Part shown: one piece after another, positions 58,857 through 64,000 of the stretch
Layout: the number at the start of each line of letters is the position of its first letter
How positions within the stretch are numbered: position 1 is the first letter of the stretch
Source of the DNA: Candidatus Bathyarchaeota archaeon
Lineage (GTDB): Archaea; Thermoproteota; Bathyarchaeia; Bathyarchaeales; Bathycorpusculaceae
Assembly (NCBI GenBank): GCA_963767735.1
Contig: CAVYES010000008.1
Location: 64,001-128,000, forward strand
Reading direction: 5' to 3'
Length of the DNA stretch: 64,000 bases
The notes under the pieces: generated by a model
The model's database searches: none
Told to the model about the DNA's origin: nothing
Seen by the model: only the letters and a program-made list of their open reading frames with translations
Made by a program: the position numbers and the translations under genes

Positions 58857-59819
58857 ATGCCTAAAGTAGCACATAAAGAAGCAGTGAAAGATTACAAGTT
58901 TACCGAGCAGATGTCTGTAGATGAGCTTGTTAACCAGATGGATGAAGCGTGGGGTTTCACCGCGGGCAAGCTTGCGGTAGGTGTCAAGATAATGGAGTCC
59001 ATGATTAACACGAAGGGCTGCGTAAAGTTCCTATCGTTCACCGCCGACATAGTGGCCACTGGCACGCGAGGCGTAATCAAAGAACTGGTTAAACGCAAGC
59101 TAGTTGACGTTTTAATTACGACCTGTGGAACGCTTGACCATGATGTGGCACGCTGTTGGAAAGACTACTATAAAGGCAGCTTCATAATGAACGATTCTAA
59201 ACTGCACCAAGAAGGCCTAAACCGTCTGGGGAACGTGCTTGTTCCAAACGACAGCTACGGCATAATTATCGAGCAGAAAATCCAAGCCATGCTACAAGAC
59301 TTATACAAGGAAGGCCAACATGAGCTTTCCACGAGCGAACTGTGCCGTGAAATCGGTTTGCGCTGTTGCGATGAAAGCTCAATTCTTTATTGGGCAGCAA
59401 AAAACAACATCCCAGTTTTCGTACCAGGCATAACCGACGGCGCAGTAGGCTACCAACTATGGTTCTTCAGCCAAGACCACCACGATTTCCGCATTAACCT
59501 GCTTAAAGACGAAGGTGACCTCAACAACATCGTTTTCGACGCCAAGAAAAGCGGCGCCCTCATAGTCGGCGGCGGCATTTCTAAGCATCATACGATTTGG
59601 TGGAACCAGTTCAAAGACGGCTTAGACTACGTCGTCTACATAACGACAGCAGACGAGTGGGACGGAAGCCTCAGCGGCGCAAGACCACGCGAAGCGGTAT
59701 CCTGGGGAAAAATCAACGAAAAAGCCAAACGCATCATGATCGAAGGCGACGCCACAGTAATAATGCCAATAATGACTGCCTCACTTATCGATAGGCTTTG
59801 CAAAAAGAAAACCGCTTAG
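58857..59819 (+). CDS. dys: Deoxyhypusine synthase (archaeal type)
   Basis: NRLGN, TDG, GGGISKHH, DGSLSGA..EAVSWGK, GDAT. Confidence 0.92.
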   Translation: MPKVAHKEAVKDYKFTEQMSVDELVNQMDEAWGFTAGKLAVGVKIMESMINTKGCVKFLSFTADIVATGTRGVIKELVKRKLVDVLITTCGTLDHDVARCWKDYYKGSFIMNDSKLHQEGLNRLGNVLVPNDSYGIIIEQKIQAMLQDLYKEGQHELSTSELCREIGLRCCDESSILYWAAKNNIPVFVPGITDGAVGYQLWFFSQDHHDFRINLLKDEGDLNNIVFDAKKSGALIVGGGISKHHTIWWNQFKDGLDYVVYITTADEWDGSLSGARPREAVSWGKINEKAKRIMIEGDATVIMPIMTASLIDRLCKKKTA

Positions 59820-59879
59820 CAGCTTTATCGAATTAGCTTCGGCAACAAAGGCATTATTTTTGTTTTTCTTCAAGATTTT

Positions 59880-60293
59880 TTATGGTTCTTCTTTACCGAG
59901 TATCTGAGTAAATTCGTTTACGGATAATACCCGGATGTTACTGCAGCAAGCTATTTTAAGAAGGTGCTTGTCGCTGCTAATAATATAATCTGCTTCGCCA
60001 CAGAGTGCGGTGTTCAAAACTATATTGTCGTCAGGGTCCTCTAACACAATTTTGAGATTGGAATTCAGAGGCACAACAGTTGCTGCCTGACTAGAACGGA
60101 AATAAGCCTATCAATCTGAGCGCTTTTTAACATTAAATTTGTCTCTTGAGAGAACGTCAGCTAATTCAGCCAGCATCGGAATAGATAAAATCACGGCATG
60201 CTTATCTATTATTTTAACGACGAGATTTCTTGATTTTCCCTTTTTAAGAAATGAGGATACTAAAACATTTGTGTCAATGACCACACGAGCCAT
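59880..60293 (-). pseudogene. PIN-domain toxin, interrupted (in-frame TGA-TAG or two compensating indels near 60085-60130)
   Basis: VVIDTNVLVS at the N-terminus and DPDDNIVL..A..GEADYIISSDKHLL at the C-terminus lie in the same frame, separated by stops. Confidence 0.8.
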
Positions 60294-60294
60294 T

Positions 60295-60591
60295 TTACAC
60301 GCCTTTTTTGGCTCGCTTCTTAAGTCGATAATCCTGAATCTCATTCAAAATTTCTTTCTCAGAAACTTTTTTGCCCTTATTTTGTTCATCGATTTCGCTG
60401 AAAAGAGTTTTCAACTCTTCCCTCAAAGGTGGAACTTCAAGTTTAGTTACTACAAGTTTATCTCCTTGCCTGTAAACGATGAGCTTTGTTTTGGATGTTA
60501 TTTTCAGTTCTTTTCTGAGTCTTTGTGGAATAACGATTTGACCCTTCGTTCCAACGATTGCGATTTCAGGTTGAGTCTCTGCTTGGCCCAT
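60295..60591 (-). CDS. AbrB/MazE-family antitoxin (likely start ATG 60591)
   Basis: VGTKGQIVIPQRLRKELKI; directly upstream of the PIN gene. Confidence 0.85.
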   Translation of the reverse strand: MGQAETQPEIAIVGTKGQIVIPQRLRKELKITSKTKLIVYRQGDKLVVTKLEVPPLREELKTLFSEIDEQNKGKKVSEKEILNEIQDYRLKKRAKKGV

Positions 60592-60761
60592 TTTTATCAT
60601 AAGTATAATTTTCATACTTGCAGATAAGCCTTTTTAAAATACGGTAATTCTGCCAACTAGCTTTGCATATGCAGTTCCAAATTGAAGTTTTTCGCCCGAA
60701 ACTACTGTTTACTTTTTGTTAACAATTATGTTTATATTTTATGTTTACTAAATGTTGACTC

Positions 60762-60995
60762 ATGAGCGACGTAATTGCAGTCAGAGTACCAAAAAAACTG
60801 AAAAAAGAACTTCAAGAGTTGAATATGGATTACGCAGACGCCGTCAGAGAATGCCTTGAAAGAAAGGTTAAGGCTGAGAAGCTAAAGCGGGTCATGAAAG
60901 AAATTGACACATTTAGAATTGAGCTAAGCAAAAAGACTGGAACTACAGCATCATCCGCCGACATTATCAGGGAAGACCGAGAACATGGCCACTGA
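60762..60995 (+). CDS. Ribbon-helix-helix antitoxin (VapB-like)
   Basis: VIAVRVPKKLK, IIREDRE; overlaps the PIN gene. Confidence 0.85.
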   Translation: MSDVIAVRVPKKLKKELQELNMDYADAVRECLERKVKAEKLKRVMKEIDTFRIELSKKTGTTASSADIIREDREHGH

Positions 60996-61410
60996 AGCCA
61001 TCATAGATTCATCTGTTATTGTAGCGCTTGTTACGCCCGAAAAATACTCTGAATGGGCATCAAAAAAGTTACAAAGCTACGAATATTTTCATGTTTTAGA
61101 CCTAAGCTTTTACGAAGTAGCCAACGCTATAGAGCACAAAGTCACCGGTGGACTGGATGCAAAAGATGCGACAGTCGCTTTCAAACGGGCTGAGAAAATG
61201 ATGAATCTAAATGCAGTCCACAGCTTCTCTGAAGTTGTAAGTGACTCCTTAAAAACAGCGCTAGAGCTGAAAATTGCCGTTTATGATGCCGCGTTTCTAT
61301 CGCTCGCGGACAAATTGAAAATGCCATTTTTAACTCTTGACATAAAACTGGTGAAAAGACTTGAAGGCACGAAATATAACGAACTAACTGAATATCCAAA
61401 CAAAACATAA
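60985..61410 (+). CDS. VapC-type PIN toxin
   Basis: IIDSSVIV, YEVANA, YDAAFL.LA, LTLD. Confidence 0.88.
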   Translation: MATEAIIDSSVIVALVTPEKYSEWASKKLQSYEYFHVLDLSFYEVANAIEHKVTGGLDAKDATVAFKRAEKMMNLNAVHSFSEVVSDSLKTALELKIAVYDAAFLSLADKLKMPFLTLDIKLVKRLEGTKYNELTEYPNKT

Positions 61411-61498
61411 CCAGGGCATAAAGTTTGTTGCCAAAGAAGGACACGAGTTAAGAATGAGAAACCCAATTAATTGCGTGAAAGAAAAAGAGGAATGAAAA

Positions 61499-61702
61499 AT
61501 GACTTCTGAAGTTGCAACTGTTGGAGTTCCCTTTGAAGCGTTGGTCAAGGAACTTGGCGCCAAGAGAGCTATAGAATTTATAAGTGAAATCAGAGAATGC
61601 TACGGCGATTCAGTCGTCGAATTAAGGAAAGCTACTGAAAAATTAACCATCGACCAAATTGAAGCTGAAATCAAAAAATTAAAGAAAAAAACAAAAGGTT
61701 AG
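61499..61702 (+). CDS. Small hypothetical protein resembling orphan TA-associated partners
   Basis: ALVKELGAKRAIEFI...GDSV; GAGGA upstream. Confidence 0.55.
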   Translation: MTSEVATVGVPFEALVKELGAKRAIEFISEIRECYGDSVVELRKATEKLTIDQIEAEIKKLKKKTKG

Positions 61703-61707
61703 AGCGT

Positions 61708-62772
61708 TTATTGGACGCCTTTGAATAGCCAGCTCATGTCTGGCGCTTTACGTTTTTCGGGTACTCTTTCGCATAGTGCGTGGGCTATTAGTGGCAGGGC
61801 GATGGTGGCGTCGCAGTAGCATACTGCTCGTGTTCCTTCTTGGCTGTTGATTTTGCCCCAGCTTATGGCTTCTTCCAGCGTGCAGCCGCTTAAGCCGCCC
61901 CACTGCTGTGAGTCTGTGGTTATTTGTATGGCGTATTTGTGGGGGTAGTAGTATTCTTGTAGTCCTTTGCGTAAGCCTCCTTTTCTGCCTTTGACTCCTT
62001 CATCACAGGTGAATGGTGAAACCGAAATCGCGATGAGCTGTGTTAAGTCTTTGGGGACGCCACCGCCGATGTAGACTACGCCGACTTCTTTGGTTTTTGT
62101 TCCTATACTGACGAATTGGTCGAATTCTTTGACGCTGTCGATGTGAACGTTGTGGCCCTGGTTTTTGGCTAAGAGGAAGGTTTCTCCGTAGGCGCTGTCA
62201 ACCATGGCGGGACTGAAGATGGGCACGCCATTGGCTGCTGCGACTGCGGATATAGCGGGGATTTTTTTCTTCCCCAGATATTTACCGAGCAGGTAGAGGA
62301 ATTCTGCTGAAGTGTAATTGTAATCCTCTTTGCAGGTCATAACAAAGTCGGTAACGACTTCCTCCATTTTACGATAATCGGTTTCTTTCCCGTAGACGTC
62401 GTAGTATCTGTTGACGTCGTCGTGAAGCAGTTGCTCATCGTTAACTGTGTGGCTGCCCTGATAGTAACCTAAGCCCATAGCGTCAACGATGTCTTCTGAA
62501 ACGTTGGCACCTGTAGAGACCAGGACATCGATAAAGCGGTTTTCCATAAGCCAATTAATAATTGTCCACTGCCCCGCCGTGCTCATGGAGCCTGCAAAAC
62601 CCATAGCAATCGTTAAGTCTTTTTCTTTAAGCATCTTTTCCCAAACATCAACTGCTTCACCAAGCTTACGCCCTTGATAAGCTGTTTTACTCATTTCCGA
62701 CAAAAGTTGTGAAATACTTTTTTGTTTAACCTTGATTGGTTCAAGTTTCTTTTTGAAGTATGAATCGCTCAT
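61708..62772 (-). CDS. Second deoxyhypusine synthase-like protein (homospermidine synthase-like)
   Basis: YQGRKLG, STGAN, DS, GGGVPKD, WGGLSGCTLEEAISWGK, CDAT. Confidence 0.88.
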   Translation of the reverse strand: MSDSYFKKKLEPIKVKQKSISQLLSEMSKTAYQGRKLGEAVDVWEKMLKEKDLTIAMGFAGSMSTAGQWTIINWLMENRFIDVLVSTGANVSEDIVDAMGLGYYQGSHTVNDEQLLHDDVNRYYDVYGKETDYRKMEEVVTDFVMTCKEDYNYTSAEFLYLLGKYLGKKKIPAISAVAAANGVPIFSPAMVDSAYGETFLLAKNQGHNVHIDSVKEFDQFVSIGTKTKEVGVVYIGGGVPKDLTQLIAISVSPFTCDEGVKGRKGGLRKGLQEYYYPHKYAIQITTDSQQWGGLSGCTLEEAISWGKINSQEGTRAVCYCDATIALPLIAHALCERVPEKRKAPDMSWLFKGVQ

Positions 62773-63127
62773 TAGTATGCACCCCGTTGTAGATTAATTG
62801 GCTTGTATATGAAATTTGCCATATAGAAAACCAGCAACCAAGCGCACTGACCGTTTATTGGCTTTAAATCACGTTTTCTGCCGCTTCCAAAGACATGGGC
62901 TTCCGCTTTAAACAGTTCAAAAATCCAGTTATCGAATAATTATTGCTGGAGCCGTTTATGCAGTAGTTTAAAGAAAAAATGCCTAAGCTTAATTCAAGCC
63001 TCTAATCAAAAAATCAACCCAAAATGAACCCTACACTGAAACGCTCACCTATAGACCTACTCTAATTTTTGTGACAAAAACAACCACAAAAATGTGGTGC
63101 GCACAAAAAAAATTCGCAAAACTCTCG

Positions 63128-64000
63128 CTACATTTTCTCTGGTGCTTCCACACCAATCAATGTTAAAGCGTTATGCATGACGATTTGTATGGCTTGCGTT
63201 AATGCAATGCGTGCGTCGCTGAGCTCCTGCGACTCTGCTTTTATGACGGGAAGTGCGTTGTAGAAGGTGTTGAATTTATCTGCTAACGCGTTCGTGTAGT
63301 CGGCAATCAAATTCGGCTTTAAGTATTCTGTAGCTTCGACGAAGGTGTCTGGGAAGCTTGCAAGGTTCAAGATGAGCTCACGTTCAAGCTTTTCGGAGAG
63401 CAGCTCAAAGGCCGGTTTTTCTGGTTCTCTTGCGGCCTTGCGCAAAATACTGCATGCCCTTGCATGAGTATATTGAACGTATGGTGCACTGTTGGTTTCG
63501 AAGTTTAGCACGCGCTCCCAAGTAAAGATGACTGGCTTTGAGGTGTCAACATCGACAAGCGCGTAACGCACGGCGCCTAAACCGACAAAGCTGGCGATTT
63601 TACGTTTTTCTTCCTCGGAAAGTTGTGGGGAACGCTTCGAAACTTCTTCGTAAGCACGTTGAACCGCTTCGTCGAGAACTTGGTCCAAAGTAATGTAGTG
63701 TCCTCTGCGGCTGCTCATCTTGTATCCGGGCAAAGTAACCAAGTTGTAAGCGAAATGCACTAGGTTATCGGCGTATTCGCTGTAGCCTAGTGCGTATAGT
63801 GCAAGTTTTAACTGAAGCTGTGCCAGCGACTGCTCCATGCCAATAACGTTGATGACTTTTTGGGCATGCTTGAACTTCCACAGCGTATAAGCTATGTCGC
63901 GAGTAGTGTACAGCGTGGTGCCGTCTGCACGTCCAAGCGTTAAAGGTGGAACCTCATTATTCTCGCTCAAACCTAACTTGTCCTTCAAATTCAGGACTTC
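63128..64000 (-). CDS. argS: Arginyl-tRNA synthetase, C-terminal part (runs off the right edge)
   Basis: DGTTLYTTRD, KMSSRRG, YVQYTHAR, FNTFY, DALR-type C-terminus APEKM. Confidence 0.95.
   Translation of the reverse strand, partial: EVLNLKDKLGLSENNEVPPLTLGRADGTTLYTTRDIAYTLWKFKHAQKVINVIGMEQSLAQLQLKLALYALGYSEYADNLVHFAYNLVTLPGYKMSSRRGHYITLDQVLDEAVQRAYEEVSKRSPQLSEEEKRKIASFVGLGAVRYALVDVDTSKPVIFTWERVLNFETNSAPYVQYTHARACSILRKAAREPEKPAFELLSEKLERELILNLASFPDTFVEATEYLKPNLIADYTNALADKFNTFYNALPVIKAESQELSDARIALTQAIQIVMHNALTLIGVEAPEKM

Noticed and set aside
59880-60293. Stop-codon readthrough (Sec/Pyl) of TGA-TAG in the PIN gene
   Set aside because: An alternative frame across the gap (SAQIDRLISVL) looks more protein-like, so two compensating indels explain it better
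1151-62677. Many 60-170 aa ORFs overlapping or antisense to confident genes (e.g. 1472-1789, 2842-3357, 22399-22899, 34432-34896, 60139-60627)
   Set aside because: Shadow ORFs with no recognisable motifs, lying within well-supported CDSs

Overview
Archaeal chromosomal window, most consistent with Bathyarchaeia (ACDS/CODH cluster, Ftr, CofC/CofE, deoxyhypusine synthases, many TTG/GTG starts). The taxon is an inference from gene content. 1-28 kb is a phosphate module. It holds two pstS paralogs, pstC-pstA, secreted PQQ-propeller, Ig-like and cohesin-dockerin proteins, several unannotated Cys-rich microproteins, and a polyphosphate cluster (CYTH, ppk1, two CHAD-metallophosphoesterase-HD fusions, ppx, ppk2). 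29-31 kb is a small degenerate island ending at tRNA-Gly(CCC). 31-43 kb is purine biosynthesis: purMSLQ, plus purF-purD translationally coupled to a HAD / Ftr-like / PfkB trio, with no purN or purT in view. 43-55 kb is cooC-cooC-cdhABCDE, cofC, a metF-like gene and cofE. 55-64 kb is a GCS2/RimK peptide-ligase module, two DHS paralogs flanking toxin-antitoxin genes, and partial argS. The best candidates for new biology are (1) an EhaRST-like trio that may replace GAR transformylase in purine synthesis and (2) a dockerin-tagged PstS encoded beside a cohesin-dockerin scaffold. All domain calls are by eye; no searches were run.
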